Origin: Mayamaea pseudoterrestris
Taxonomy: Eukaryota
Length of the DNA: 62,439 nucleotides
NCBI GenBank assembly: GCA_027923505.1
Contig: BROI01000035.1
Location: 186,001-248,439 of the forward strand
Direction: 5' to 3'
Shown here one piece after another: positions 23,501 through 36,648 of the stretch. Made by a program: the position numbers and the translations under genes. The notes under the pieces are model-generated. The model had not been told where the DNA came from. It saw nothing but the letters and a program-made list of their open reading frames with translations, and searched no databases. Each line of letters starts with the position of its first letter. Positions within the stretch are counted from its first letter, which is position 1.

Positions 23501-24174
23501 TAAAGGATACTCATTTAGCTTCCAATAATGGGGATGACGTAGCAGTCCTCTCAGTTGGTCCAAGCAGTGATGTTGTGCGAAGCTTTGCAGAATTCATCAA
23601 GCCTCTTTCATCACAGTCGTCGCCCGCCAGTAATGAGCCAAGCAAAAGTGAAACTTTCTTGAAAAGTCATGCTAATCAGCAGCTGTTGACCGAAACGCTT
23701 GCTTCGCCTCCCGGTAGCTTGGTCGCACCCACAATTGAAGACACGTCGGCCATTCACACGAGCCCGTTAATGGCGGTCGGCCTGTTGCTTGCCGTCGGCT
23801 GCCTCGTCGCGACCAAGTTTCGCCGCGACCTGAATGGTGCGTTCGCAACCCAGCCAGTCATGTTGCACACTCGCATGGCCCTCTGGCAAACGACCTTGCA
23901 GCGCAATGGACATCGTACGGGCCTTAATCAAGAGGGCTACGAGCGATTAACCGTGACGGATTTGAAGATGATCCTCAAGGATGGATTTCACTGCAACACT
24001 CGCTCGAACATTAGCAAGGCCGCCTTGGTTGCCAAGCTCCTTGAAGAATATGAACGCACACTTTCGGATATGAGCGATGCCTCAATTCGCAAGCTTTTGA
24101 TAATTCGAGGCGTGGATTTCATGGGTACAACCAAGGAGGATCTCATTGCAGAAGCCCTCGCTTCGGGTTTTTAA
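20546..24174 (+). CDS. Large unrecognised membrane protein with 42-aa tandem repeats and C-terminal SAP/HeH-like helices
   Basis: Predicted exons are 20546-20684, 20777-20857, 20952-21014 and 21125-24174. Three canonical phase-1 introns keep frame into ORF 21055-24174. Confidence 0.7.
21379..22080 (+). repeat. Coding tandem repeat with a 126-bp unit, 6 copies of PEEIVTFMMMH(A/V)NAFQ
   Basis: Near-identical units start at 21379, 21505, 21631, about 21709 (partial), 21859 and 21985. Confidence 0.95.
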
Positions 24175-24542
24175 CAAGTCGTGATGAAGTACATTGATTT
24201 GCGTGGAGTCGAGATTTGATTGATTAGAGGGAGCTGCGCGCAAGTAAATTCATTTTGCATATGACGTCTTGAGTGAGAGGTTGACTTACTACAGTCAGTC
24301 TGAAGACTTGCTTTTCGTGCGCTCAAGTCACACAGACCGGTAGCGCGGAAGAGTTATTCTTATAGACCTAGTACCGTACGTTAAATTGTCACTTATTTAC
24401 TTGATTAAATTGATTTGCTTCAAAATCATCGTTAGTAGCAAATCTGAGCGAGTCAGATCCCGCTCAGGCGACACCGCGCAAGTTTAGCTTACATAGTTGA
24501 CACCTTGTGCCTAACAAATTCTTGATTATTGGCGTTAAAAAT

Positions 24543-26303
24543 TTAAAATCGGCTGTATCGCTGAATCAATAGAGCAGCCTTACTGTTGAAGATGCGTCGT
24601 CGGCGTTCCAGAGCACGAGCGGCGAGAATTGAGTAGCTCAGTACCAAGAAGTCAAAGACAAGGACAGAGTGGAATATCGTCATCCCGCGTCGAGAAATAT
24701 TTTCCAAATAACCAATATCAGGATCCGTGCTGTAGTAGACATTGGACCACGCATAAAACGTCATGAGCAAAAGATACCACGGATCATGTCTTTCCCAAAC
24801 ATCAATGCACTTTGAAGAGTAAACAAGCTTGTCCATCGCTGACGATGCACTAATCGTCCAAAAAAGCCAATACGTGAAATCAGTAGCCGGAACATCCATG
24901 CGCACGAACCCCTCGAGGTTTAAATGGCTCTCCCAATCCCTGCTTGCCATGCTGATTCCAATAAAAAAGACTGCAATAGCAATGAGCTGCGTAATGATCA
25001 AAAAATATGTGCGGCTTTCGTTTTTTGGACGCTTCAATGAGTACCAAAGTCTGTCGTGGGCAAAGACATGGGCGTACACCGACAATATAACGACGAAAAG
25101 ATGTGTCGGAGTGACCATCTCGATTTTGCTTTCAATGAGTGGCTTGACACGTTGACCGAGGAAGAACTGGTACTGTTGACTGGCTTCCACAGCCAATTCA
25201 ATGACTGATCGAATCTTGTTAAAGGCTTGTGTAACCTTGGACTCGACCCATTCTTCGGCAATATCCAAGAAGTCTGCCTCTCGCGTTACAGAGTGTGAAA
25301 CTGGTGCGTCAATCTCGCCACCCCGTACTAGCGATTCAAGTTCGATCGCGACAAGAGCGTCATTGTCGTCCCACATTCCAGCATTTGCTGCTTGTTCGTC
25401 GACAGTCTCGCGGGGCTTGCGCGAATCAGGCAAAATGAGCGAGACTGGGGCATCCGTCTCATGCATCAAAGCCGACTCAAACGCAGTCACACGAAACAAA
25501 GAACTCTTTTCATCATTTGCAGCAAGAGCAGTTTCTTCTTTGGCGGCAAGGAAACAAGGCTTGGTAAGTGAGCTTGACGTTGGCGCAAGCGTCACGTTTG
25601 CCTTGCTTGCATCAACAAAAGTATTCTTGGCCGAAATGCCAATGGCTTCGAAAGTCATAATAGACTCGGGCAAGCGCGTCGTAACGGTCCATTCGAATTC
25701 GTACGTATTTGTTGTGTCCACGTCAACAGCATTGTATATACAATCGGTAGTCGTTTCGCATTCAATGGTCATGTTTGGCCGCATTACAGTGGGGACAGTC
25801 GGCGTCATGTGAATCGTGATTGATCCGGGCGCAGGAGCCAACGTGGACGAGACTGTAGCGTCAGTCTCAATCGCAATCGTCGTCTCAACCGCAGCCGAAA
25901 CTTTCGTCTTCAGAGTTTTGAAGGTTTGAAGGACAAATGATCGTGCAATAATGTTGCAGCGATTCATCCTCTTGCTCATGCCGATCAGTGCAGTCGTGAC
26001 TGCGACGTCCGCAGAGTGAAGCGCCATCATGATGGATTCTTGGAGCGAGAGTGAAGTCACTGCAGTTGTCGTGAAAGGTATTTGATTGCTGCCGTCGACC
26101 TGCTGACGAGATAGCTGCTCGTTCATGTAGATTGCTTCCGCTTCTCCGTCCTGTATTTCAGTCGTAACGGCAGCGTATTGCTGGGAGCTCAAGCCAAAGG
26201 CAACGCGCGGTCTTCCAACGACTCCAAATTCGGCTGACGCCGTCGGCATGAGAGTAAATAGCAAGGCAGTGGCAAGGGCCATGGCCGACGTCCATTTCAT
26301 CAT
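24543..26303 (-). CDS. Unknown protein with signal peptide, T/S-rich region and multi-TM C-terminus
   Basis: Likely start is ATG 26303 (MMKWTSAMALATALLFTLMPTASA|EF, a signal peptide). About 5 hydrophobic segments lie in the last 190 aa. Confidence 0.65.
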   Translation of the reverse strand: MMKWTSAMALATALLFTLMPTASAEFGVVGRPRVAFGLSSQQYAAVTTEIQDGEAEAIYMNEQLSRQQVDGSNQIPFTTTAVTSLSLQESIMMALHSADVAVTTALIGMSKRMNRCNIIARSFVLQTFKTLKTKVSAAVETTIAIETDATVSSTLAPAPGSITIHMTPTVPTVMRPNMTIECETTTDCIYNAVDVDTTNTYEFEWTVTTRLPESIMTFEAIGISAKNTFVDASKANVTLAPTSSSLTKPCFLAAKEETALAANDEKSSLFRVTAFESALMHETDAPVSLILPDSRKPRETVDEQAANAGMWDDNDALVAIELESLVRGGEIDAPVSHSVTREADFLDIAEEWVESKVTQAFNKIRSVIELAVEASQQYQFFLGQRVKPLIESKIEMVTPTHLFVVILSVYAHVFAHDRLWYSLKRPKNESRTYFLIITQLIAIAVFFIGISMASRDWESHLNLEGFVRMDVPATDFTYWLFWTISASSAMDKLVYSSKCIDVWERHDPWYLLLMTFYAWSNVYYSTDPDIGYLENISRRGMTIFHSVLVFDFLVLSYSILAARALERRRRIFNSKAALLIQRYSRF

Positions 26304-28414
26304 AGTGATTAGTTTGAGATGACTTGATATAGCTGTAGTATATGCGTATCGATGGAGAGGCCTCGGATGGAAACATTGTGAGCCGTATTCCTGGCGCTGC
26401 GAGGGAGCAGTCGTATTCGCCGACCGGTCTGAAACGTGCAGGCGTTGATTGTCCGTTTCTGATCGTGCCGCACCTTTGCTGTCGACCTTTCTAGCCGCGA
26501 CGGATCGCCAAGCAATCATCCACGACTTGATCATGAAGAGGTGCAGGTGATAATCGTACAAGTATTAAGACCGGTTATGGTTCGCTCCTTTGGCAATCGT
26601 CGCAGCAATCGAATCTTCATGGTCAAGTGACGGTCAGTGACGGTGAAACCCGAAAGGCTCAACGGAAATGTCAATGGCATGAATGGAAGAAACCGCTGTC
26701 ACAATGACTAGAATGACTCGCTTTCAGCCAATCAGCGTGCCCCCTCGATTCTGCCACTCGTGTATGCCTGCAACCATGTTTTCGTCAACGTAGAGCGATT
26801 TTCCACGGCGACGACATGATGTAATTAGTCAACGAGGCGACAACAGGGTTCTGCTGTGCTGAATAGGATCAATTAACCACCACAGTATCTTTTACAGGGT
26901 GACAAAGTATCATCCTTGGCGCACCGCGTGTGTCGACTGTGTCGTCGGTCAACCATGGCCATGGCAGAAGGCAGAGCATAAAGAGTAAAGAAGACTCGTA
27001 TGCATTGAATGCGATTTCGGTACCAGATCCACAATCCAAATATAAAGTACATGATGGTTCAAAATTTGCCGATGTTAAAAAATAAAGGAGCGACAACGGC
27101 TGCCGAAACATTCGATCGCGTTTGGCTTTTCAGATTTCCGCTACCCACCTTCAGTTTGATGTATTCATGGCAATGGACCCGAGTGCAATAAAGGCGAATT
27201 TATAGAGATGCTCGACAGCTATTGTATTCAAAACAAGCCTACGATGGTTCAAAACCCACTAGCAACCTTCGTGAACGCATTCACGCATTCATCGAACACT
27301 CGGCAACATGCTACGAACGCGTCAGTTACAAGATTATTCATTTTTTGATCATCACAGGATCCTTGGACAGCAAGATTAGCTGAGTTCGCCCGGCAATTCG
27401 AGCAATAGCGCATACAATATAAGGAGCGACACCAGCAGAGCACATCTTTGGTCCTTCAACGCTATTTCAGCGAGCTGCAGACTTGTAATACTAAATCAAG
27501 CCCTGTTGACCGCCCGGAGATCGAATTCATTTCGTGATGACCAAGACATGCGGCGCCTTCGTTCCCATCTCATTGCGCCATTAATTAATTTCACCTATTT
27601 CGATAAACCTTTCGACGTCTGTGGGGAGTCAAGTGACGCTCTACTAGGAGCCGACAATTCGCAAGGAGCGGAAGACCAATCGCATTCTTTAGTCGCATGC
27701 TTTTTTTGGCGCAAAAGAAGTATATACAATAAGAGAACGAGAGATGCTATGTATTGTGTTGCTTGGACAAGAGGTATGGACGGATATATACAGTCCACTT
27801 CAACAAACATCAATCCAACGACAAGACAGCCAAATCGAACTGTATTTAACAGTGGAGATGGTTACTCTGAAGAATATGGATAAACGTAGTATTACATCAG
27901 AGGAGGAGACAACAAGATGCAGACGCATTGCGGCGGTAAATAGAAGGCTATAAAAGACACCACAAACGAAACATCTTTTACAATCGAGGACTCAACAAGC
28001 TCCCACACACGAGCTTTACAAACGGCAAAAGCACTTGCTTCGTTATCGCGCAAATCAATCAGGTCTATACAGACGCAAGCCTTCCATTCGTCGAGGACTA
28101 CCCGCAAAGCAAAGGAGTGGCGAGTAAGAATCGACCGACGGCCTCGGCCAGGGACGAGAAAGAAAAACGCCTCCATCTACCACTGAAGGTGCAATCAATC
28201 GCAAAAGCTCAAACGCGAGATGAAGAGCTACAACAAGAATTTGCGCGACGACCAGAATACTTTTGGCATGGTCACAAGTAGGCGATGGATGATAAATTCA
28301 CGAGTGAAGGGTTGGCACGAACACAACGCGACATGCGCAGCTCGCACAAGCATTATGTGGACTAGGATACTGTATATCCTTCAAAAGTTGTTATTTAATG
28401 ATTGCAGAATTAAA

Positions 28415-29068
28415 TCAGTTGATTAGTCGTCTTTCATTGTCCTCGACACACGCCACACCAAAGAATACGTCAACATTGCCAGAGCCAAAGTCAAAAGACT
28501 CCGTCGAAACCAGATCCATTCCTGCTGTATGATACATTAATGTAGCCTTTTCGAGTGTCATTCCATTGGGGTGTTCGTCTTTGGATTGTAGCCAATCTGA
28601 GTGGCAGAAACGACCAGTCGATGGTTTTAACAGCTGCGCCAGTAGTTGAAGTGTTCGTGGTCGATCCGATTCAGGAATGAAATTCAGTACATTGCTGGCA
28701 ACAATCAAATCAATGCGACCAGTATATTGTGCATTAAGCGATTCTATCACAAGGTTTGTAGGACCGCCAAAGACACCTTGGATTGCAAGGACGTTATTCC
28801 AATCTCGCGACTGAATCTTTTCTTGGAGCAACTCGATCATGCTTGGACTCGCGTCAATTGCTAGAATCGTTTGGCACTTGGTTCGCAGAGTTTCCGTCAA
28901 TAATCCTGTCCCGCATCCAAAATCTAGAATAATAGAATTTCCTTCGTCGACTGGTAAAAGGCTCGCTTGTTGAAGTGTCGCATAAAACGATTGCGCGTAT
29001 GGGCGGGCCATGTCGTCCCAATCACCAGCCATGGCATTCCATTCTCGCGTCACTTGGTCTTGGTTCAT
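28415..29068 (-). CDS. Class I SAM-dependent methyltransferase (copy 1)
   Basis: Motifs ILDFGCGTGLLT, AIDASPSMI and DLIVASNVLNFI; intronless, 217 aa. Confidence 0.88.
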   Translation of the reverse strand: MNQDQVTREWNAMAGDWDDMARPYAQSFYATLQQASLLPVDEGNSIILDFGCGTGLLTETLRTKCQTILAIDASPSMIELLQEKIQSRDWNNVLAIQGVFGGPTNLVIESLNAQYTGRIDLIVASNVLNFIPESDRPRTLQLLAQLLKPSTGRFCHSDWLQSKDEHPNGMTLEKATLMYHTAGMDLVSTESFDFGSGNVDVFFGVACVEDNERRLIN

Positions 29069-29248
29069 TGCTATATAAAGATGTATGTAGCTCGAGGCTG
29101 GGTTGTATTGGCCGCTGTTAAAAGATGCACGAATGTCGATTTACTGTTATCCTCCCATTATGGAATGGTCGGGACGCGGTGACAAGTCACGACGAGGTCA
29201 TGGATGACGTACAATTCATCCAATCAGACCAATGCATCGCATTGGACC

Positions 29249-29325
29249 TTTTTTCAAAGTTTCTGGCGTACTCTTCAATCGACTGTGCCAAAAACTCTAT
29301 TTTTCAAAGTTTTTGACACTACTCT
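29249..29325. repeat. Palindromic 50-bp-period element related to 827-929 (also at 35418-35494)
   Basis: 29285-29325 matches 850-890 at 34 of 41 positions without gaps. ttttcaaagt recurs at 29251 and 29301. Confidence 0.75.
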
Positions 29326-29599
29326 CTAATGCACTGTAAAACAGACAATAAAATATCAAAGTCATTTGAGGCACTCTTTTCTTGACAGTGAAAATTCGCA
29401 CGACCGCAACGATCGCCAACAACTCGGCGCGGGGCGAACCAGCGGCGCGATGAGTCATGAAATATGCTACTATAACATTTTGTGTAAATATTCAAGATCG
29501 GATAATGAATACATGACTTGACTTGGGGATAAAGATAAGAGCCGTTACTTCGGCCACGCCGGCGCATGGTTTCCCAACGACACAACGAATCGATCGACC

Positions 29600-30479
29600 A
29601 TGGCGCCTGGTTCCTCCACCAAGCAAAGAGACTACGACCATCTCTTCAAGCTGGTTCTCATTGGAGACAGCGGAGTTGGTAAATCATGCCTGCTTCTTCG
29701 ATTTGCGGTAAGAAATGCTGTAGAGGAAGTTGGACGAGGCAGATCCGCATCGTTGCTGCTACCGATAGTCGATGAATGAAGACTGAATTGGACGTTTGTC
29801 GTCCTCGTTTCAATCAAAGAGGACTAGTATTCTGAAAACTTCTACTTTGCGTTTTGGGACAGGATGACGCCTTTACCGAGTCTTATATTAGCACCATTGG
29901 AGTCGACTTTCGCTTCCGAACCGTCAAGATTGAGAAAAAGACGGTCAAGCTGCAAATTTGGGACACTGCTGGACAGGAGCGCTTTCGAACAATTACTTCG
30001 GCGTACTATCGTGGAGCAGGTATTTATTTGTTTGCTTTGCGAGTGCGACGAGAGCATGACGACCAGCTGCCCTGCTCAATGCTCATTTTATACAATCATA
30101 TCATTCTTCAATTGCTACTTACGCAGACGGAATCATCATGGTATTTGATGTAACATCAACGGAATCGTTTGATCACGTGAATGACTGGCTCAAGGAGGTG
30201 AATCGGTACGCAGCGGAAGGAACGGTCAAGCTTCTGGTGGGCAACAAGTGCGACCGGTCGGCTGACCGAGTAGTTTCGGAGGAGCAAGCCAAGGATTTCG
30301 CGCAAGAATTGGGTATTCCGTATATTGAAACGTCTGCCAAGTCGGCCAAGAATGTCGAGGAAGCATTCTTGACCATGGCTGGTGAGTTGATTCGTCAGCG
30401 AGCGGCGCGAGGCGAGACTGAGACTGCCAAGAAGGGAATCGATTTACAGGAGAAGGCTGCCAAGTCGAATTGCTGTTAG
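29600..30479 (+). CDS. RAB1: Rab1/Ypt1 small GTPase (copy 1)
   Basis: Exons 29600-29707, 29863-30019 and 30127-30479. Motifs [58 protein letters not shown] and C-terminal CC. Confidence 0.95.
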
Positions 30480-30993
30480 TTCATTAATTGATTGAGCGAG
30501 AACGAGCTTGCAATATACTCGTGCTTGGAAATCTTTGTTTGTTGCTTGCATTCTTGCTATATTGGTGGAAGGGGCGAGACGACACGACGACATTGTCAAA
30601 AGAATACCGTAGACCAACATAATAGCAGTGTCTTCTACTGGTTTTCCGTTGCTATTCCGCTTGTAATGTATTGCAATGGATGACAATACGAGTACTTGTA
30701 CCAGTAGGTATACCCACATCTTTGGATCGAACAGCAACATGGCGTTTCTGACAACAGCACATGCGCCGACTCGCGTACGAAGCAAGGAGGTCATGCGTCT
30801 GGAAAACGAGAGGCAGGTCATCCGTTCACTTTTGCGCAAACGGATCCAACTATGCATGACCGACTGCCCTTTCAGGTTCTATAGCGTATATATGTACAAA
30901 GACTGTAACAATCGACTGGAATATAGAGGCGCTTAGAGAGTCTTTCTGTTCATCGTGCTGCATCTACCATTTGGACTCGATCCGACGCCAAGC

Positions 30994-33657
30994 ATGTCGT
31001 CGTCGCATTCGCACCAGACATCCGACGACTACAGCAGCAGCAATATTCCCAAGAACATGTCTACCATGTCTCTGGAAAGGCGACTCCAGCAATTAAAGGA
31101 AGAGTCTCAGAAGTTGGATCAAACATTGACGCAGAAACTTGCATCGAGTCCATCGGGTCAAAACCTTTTGCACATGAGCACCTCGCTGAATACACTGCCG
31201 CCGGATTTGCATTTGCTACTGCAGCAACTTCATCCAATTTACTCGCAAGCTGAGCAAGCCGAAAGTAGTCAATGGGAGATTCTGGACGATCTGACGCAGG
31301 CTGCAAGAGCGATTCAACTGGCGGACCGAAGAGTCATTCACGCCAACGATTGCATTGACTTGTACGAGGATTTGATGGCTGCAGAGGCTTGCGTCATTCG
31401 CCGAAACAAGTACAAAGTAAACGATAAGGAGAATGAAAATCGAAAAATTCAGGAGGAGGAACATGACTGGGATGCCAATGACGATCTACAAGGTATGCGT
31501 CTATGCATGATGCATTCTGCATTCTACTAGCAGCCGTCACTCGTTTCTCGTCTCGTCACACTTGTCACTCACATGTTGCGCCTAATTCTTCGCAAAGACG
31601 ACTTGAACTATGCGTCATCACTAGAGCGAGCCTCACATGTGACACTTTGTCTCATTCACGACTTGCATATTGCTACAGATGCGGTTTCGGCTTTGACAAC
31701 GTCAGGCAAGCGAGGACTTTTGCCGTCGACGAGTAGCAACGACACTATCAATGACTCCATGACAACGACAAACAAACAGGTACCTTCGCTCGCGACGCCA
31801 CTGCCAGATGACTGTGAAAGAGCGCAGTTCGTCATGAAGCTTGCCCCAAGAATTAGACGATTAGAGGCGGAAACTATAAAATGCTTGGCGGAGCAATTTG
31901 AGTTTTTGCTAAAGGAGTTCCATGCGCTGCAAACTCTGGAGCAGCAAAAGAATGCCAACAACGACGTTGAAGAACCAGTGATGGTCAACGATAGTAGCAA
32001 TTTACATGACATGCAGCAGCAATCGCTACTGTTGGTGATGCTTGGACATGTCATGCGCGGACTAGCTCTACTCGGTCGAGGTAAGGAGGTGGAATCCATC
32101 TTTGGACGCGTCGCTATTATGCCACTAGTGCGGCCGCAAATTACAATGGGACGCATGGATGAGGGTGGGAATCGGGGTGAATGTGCCGGTTTGGAGAGGT
32201 TGCTGCAGGATGTTTTGCAGAGTGTTATCGTGACCTATGGACCAGTGGTTCGAATGAGTGAAACCATGTTTGTAAGTTACGATGGACCTACCGGTAACGA
32301 TGAAGAATTGTCGGCTATGCTGGACGTTGACTTGCTCACGGCCGGTGTATGGGTTCCGTTGGCAACGGCACTCATGGCCGACTCAGGTATTCAAATGGCA
32401 ATCTTCTCGCCCGGAATAGCGAGCATACTGCAGGCAAATTACACGACGCTTGATCGGTTCCTCGCGCAATTAGCGGATCGAGTGTTGTTGGAAGAAGAAA
32501 ATGCAAAAATTACTGTTGTTAAAGACGAGAGCAAAAGGCAAACCTTTGACCCCCTACAACAAAATTTGACGGAGGGGTGGTGTCGAAAAGCGCAGGAACG
32601 GATTTACGCGCACCCCAAGACAGCTGAATTTACTAAGCGATGGAACTTGCCAATCTACTATCAGCTTCGATTCGGTGAGTGTTGCACTCGACTTAACAAA
32701 GCAATTGATGCTACGAGACGTAACGGTTGGATAGCACAAGTGTTTAGTGGCAGTGAAGATAAAGAGGCAGTCATTAAGTCGCAATCTGGACTTGAAATTT
32801 CGTTTTTTGTTGAACTATATGACGTTATATTTGGATTGTGGCGGCCCGACGTTATTCTCACTCCATTGGCGAACCGGTTCCTGCGAGGTGCGATTCAAGT
32901 AATAGGCCGAACTGTGACGTTCGTCGAGGAAGGCATGCGATGTCGAGTCAGATTTGGCGACGAGCCGAAACCGCGGGAGGCAAGGAATGGCGCGACCGAA
33001 AATGGCAACGGTCAGGCGCTAGTAGTCGAAGCGACGGATGCTAGCGACGGCGGAGCAGTGTCGCATGCGCCGTACCCATCTCGAGCACCATACTATTGGG
33101 GAGAGAGCGAAGTGGATGTTGCCGGCGTGGCGTGGGAGCTCAACATACTAGAATCCATCTTGAGTCATGAGTATGGCACAGTTGTATGCGAAGCACTCAA
33201 GCTGTCAAACTTCGGTCCGGAGCGTGCTGAGATTCGGGAGATTGTGGACGAAATGCTCAAGGAAGCAAGCAACCTTATACATCCATTAATTGATATGGCA
33301 TGGAACGAGATCATTGTCGAACTGATAACGAAAAAGTGTGCGCAACCACTCGCTGCTGTTAAAGGAGTTGCTGCTACATATCGCATGACGAATCGACCTC
33401 CTCCAACGCAAGCTTCTCCATTTGTCGGCACCGTGTTACGGCCACTGAAAGAATTCATCGACGAGTTTGGCCACCGAATTCCGGATCGAGTAGGATCAAA
33501 ATGGAAGCACCAAATTGTCGCGACTATTGCTGAACAATATGCACTCGCTGTAGAGGAGCTCATCAGTACGGTTCAGAGAACGGAAGTGGCGCTGAATAGT
33601 CGAAGGACACGGATCTTTGGTCCTTCAACGCTATTTCAGCGAGCTGCAGACTTGTAA
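30994..33657 (+). CDS. COG2: COG2, copy 1, C-terminally truncated at the duplication junction
   Basis: Exon 1 30994-31492, intron 31493-31597. After SRRTR the frame reads into the junction (IFGPSTLFQRAADL*) and loses the final about 65 aa present in copy 2. Confidence 0.8.
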
Positions 33658-34583
33658 TACTAAATCAAGCCCTGTTGACCGCCCGGAGATCGAATTCATT
33701 TCGTGATGACCAAGACATGCGGCGCCTTCGTTCCCATCTCATTGCGCCATTAATTAATTTCACCTATTTCGATAAACCTTTCGACGTCTGTGGGGAGTCA
33801 AGTGACGCTCTACTAGGAGCCGACAATTCGCAAGGAGCGGAAGACCAATCGCATTCTTTAGTCGCATGCTTTTTTTGGCGCAAAAGAAGTATATACAATA
33901 AGAGAACGAGAGATGCTATGTATTGTGTTGCTTGGACAAGAGGTATGGACGGATATATACAGTCCACTTCAACAAACATCAATCCAACGACAAGACAGCC
34001 AAATCGAACTGTATTTAACAGTGGAGATGGTTACTCTGAAGAATATGGATAAACGTAGTATTACATCAGAGGAGGAGACAACAAGATGCAGACGCATTGC
34101 GGCGGTAAATAGAAGGCTATAAAAGACACCACAAACGAAACATCTTTTACAATCGAGGACTCAACAAGCTCCCACACACGAGCTTTACAAACGGCAAAAG
34201 CACTTGCTTCGTTATCGCGCAAATCAATCAGGTCTATACAGACGCAAGCCTTCCATTCGTCGAGGACTACCCGCAAAGCAAAGGAGTGGCGAGTAAGAAT
34301 CGACCGACGGCCTCGGCCAGGGACGAGAAAGAAAAACGCCTCCATCTACCACTGAAGGTGCAATCAATCGCAAAAGCTCAAACGCGAGATGAAGAGCTAC
34401 AACAAGAATTTGCGCGACGACCAGAATACTTTTGGCATGGTCACAAGTAGGCGATGGATGATAAATTCACGAGTGAAGGGTTGGCACGAACACAACGCGA
34501 CATGCGCAGCTCGCACAAGCATTATGTGGACTAGGATACTGTATATCCTTCAAAAGTTGTTATTTAATGATTGCAGAATTAAA

Positions 34584-35237
34584 TCAGTTGATTAGTCGTC
34601 TTTCATTGTCCTCGACACACGCCACACCAAAGAATACGTCAACATTGCCAGAGCCAAAGTCAAAAGACTCCGTCGAAACCAGATCCATTCCTGCTGTATG
34701 ATACATTAATGTAGCCTTTTCGAGTGTCATTCCATTGGGGTGTTCGTCTTTGGATTGTAGCCAATCTGAGTGGCAGAAACGACCAGTCGATGGTTTTAAC
34801 AGCTGCGCCAGTAGTTGAAGTGTTCGTGGTCGATCCGATTCAGGAATGAAATTCAGTACATTGCTGGCAACAATCAAATCAATGCGACCAGTATATTGTG
34901 CATTAAGCGATTCTATCACAAGGTTTGTAGGACCGCCAAAGACACCTTGGATTGCAAGGACGTTATTCCAATCTCGCGACTGAATCTTTTCTTGGAGCAA
35001 CTCGATCATGCTTGGACTCGCGTCAATTGCTAGAATCGTTTGGCACTTGGTTCGCAGAGTTTCCGTCAATAATCCTGTCCCGCATCCAAAATCTAGAATA
35101 ATAGAATTTCCTTCGTCGACTGGTAAAAGGCTCGCTTGTTGAAGTGTCGCATAAAACGATTGCGCGTATGGGCGGGCCATGTCGTCCCAATCACCAGCCA
35201 TGGCATTCCATTCTCGCGTCACTTGGTCTTGGTTCAT
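34584..35237 (-). CDS. Class I SAM-dependent methyltransferase (copy 2)
   Basis: Translation identical to 28415-29068. Confidence 0.88.
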   Translation of the reverse strand: MNQDQVTREWNAMAGDWDDMARPYAQSFYATLQQASLLPVDEGNSIILDFGCGTGLLTETLRTKCQTILAIDASPSMIELLQEKIQSRDWNNVLAIQGVFGGPTNLVIESLNAQYTGRIDLIVASNVLNFIPESDRPRTLQLLAQLLKPSTGRFCHSDWLQSKDEHPNGMTLEKATLMYHTAGMDLVSTESFDFGSGNVDVFFGVACVEDNERRLIN

Positions 35238-35768
35238 TGCTATATAAAGATGTATGTAGCTCGAGGCTGGGTTGTATTGGCCGCTGTTAAAAGATGCACG
35301 AATGTCGATTTACTGTTATCCTCCCATTATGGAATGGTCGGGACGCGGTGACAAGTCACGACGAGGTCATGGATGACGTACAATTCATCCAATCAGACCA
35401 ATGCATCGCATTGGACCTTTTTTCAAAGTTTCTGGCGTACTCTTCAATCGACTGTGCCAAAAACTCTATTTTTCAAAGTTTTTGACACTACTCTCTAATG
35501 CACTGTAAAACAGACAATAAAATATCAAAGTCATTTGAGGCACTCTTTTCTTGACAGTGAAAATTCGCACGACCGCAACGATCGCCAACAACTCGGCGCG
35601 GGGCGAACCAGCGGCGCGATGAGTCATGAAATATGCTACTATAACATTTTGTGTAAATATTCAAGATCGGATAATGAATACATGACTTGACTTGGGGATA
35701 AAGATAAGAGCCGTTACTTCGGCCACGCCGGCGCATGGTTTCCCAACGACACAACGAATCGATCGACC

Positions 35769-36648
35769 ATGGCGCCTGGTTCCTCCACCAAGCAAAGAGA
35801 CTACGACCATCTCTTCAAGCTGGTTCTCATTGGAGACAGCGGAGTTGGTAAATCATGCCTGCTTCTTCGATTTGCGGTAAGAAATGCTGTAGAGGAAGTT
35901 GGACGAGGCAGATCCGCATCGTTGCTGCTACCGATAGTCGATGAATGAAGACTGAATTGGACGTTTGTCGTCCTCGTTTCAATCAAAGAGGACTAGTATT
36001 CTGAAAACTTCTACTTTGCGTTTTGGGACAGGATGACGCCTTTACCGAGTCTTATATTAGCACCATTGGAGTCGACTTTCGCTTCCGAACCGTCAAGATT
36101 GAGAAAAAGACGGTCAAGCTGCAAATTTGGGACACTGCTGGACAGGAGCGCTTTCGAACAATTACTTCGGCGTACTATCGTGGAGCAGGTATTTATTTGT
36201 TTGCTTTGCGAGTGCGACGAGAGCATGACGACCAGCTGCCCTGCTCAATGCTCATTTTATACAATCATATCATTCTTCAATTGCTACTTACGCAGACGGA
36301 ATCATCATGGTATTTGATGTAACATCAACGGAATCGTTTGATCACGTGAATGACTGGCTCAAGGAGGTGAATCGGTACGCAGCGGAAGGAACGGTCAAGC
36401 TTCTGGTGGGCAACAAGTGCGACCGGTCGGCTGACCGAGTAGTTTCGGAGGAGCAAGCCAAGGATTTCGCGCAAGAATTGGGTATTCCGTATATTGAAAC
36501 GTCTGCCAAGTCGGCCAAGAATGTCGAGGAAGCATTCTTGACCATGGCTGGTGAGTTGATTCGTCAGCGAGCGGCGCGAGGCGAGACTGAGACTGCCAAG
36601 AAGGGAATCGATTTACAGGAGAAGGCTGCCAAGTCGAATTGCTGTTAG
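35769..36648 (+). CDS. RAB1: Rab1/Ypt1 small GTPase (copy 2)
   Basis: Same three-exon structure as copy 1, shifted by +6169. Confidence 0.95.

Larger units (their letters stand above)
27444..33612. repeat. Tandem segmental duplication, copy 1 (6169 bp)
   Basis: Sequence from atctttggtcc (27444) recurs at 33613. The ORF track repeats at +6169 with identical translations. Confidence 0.97.

Noticed and set aside
27506..28426. Small ORFs at the start of the duplicated unit
   Set aside because: They are short, have no motifs and mostly start at non-ATG codons. Their recurrence at +6169 reflects only the duplication.
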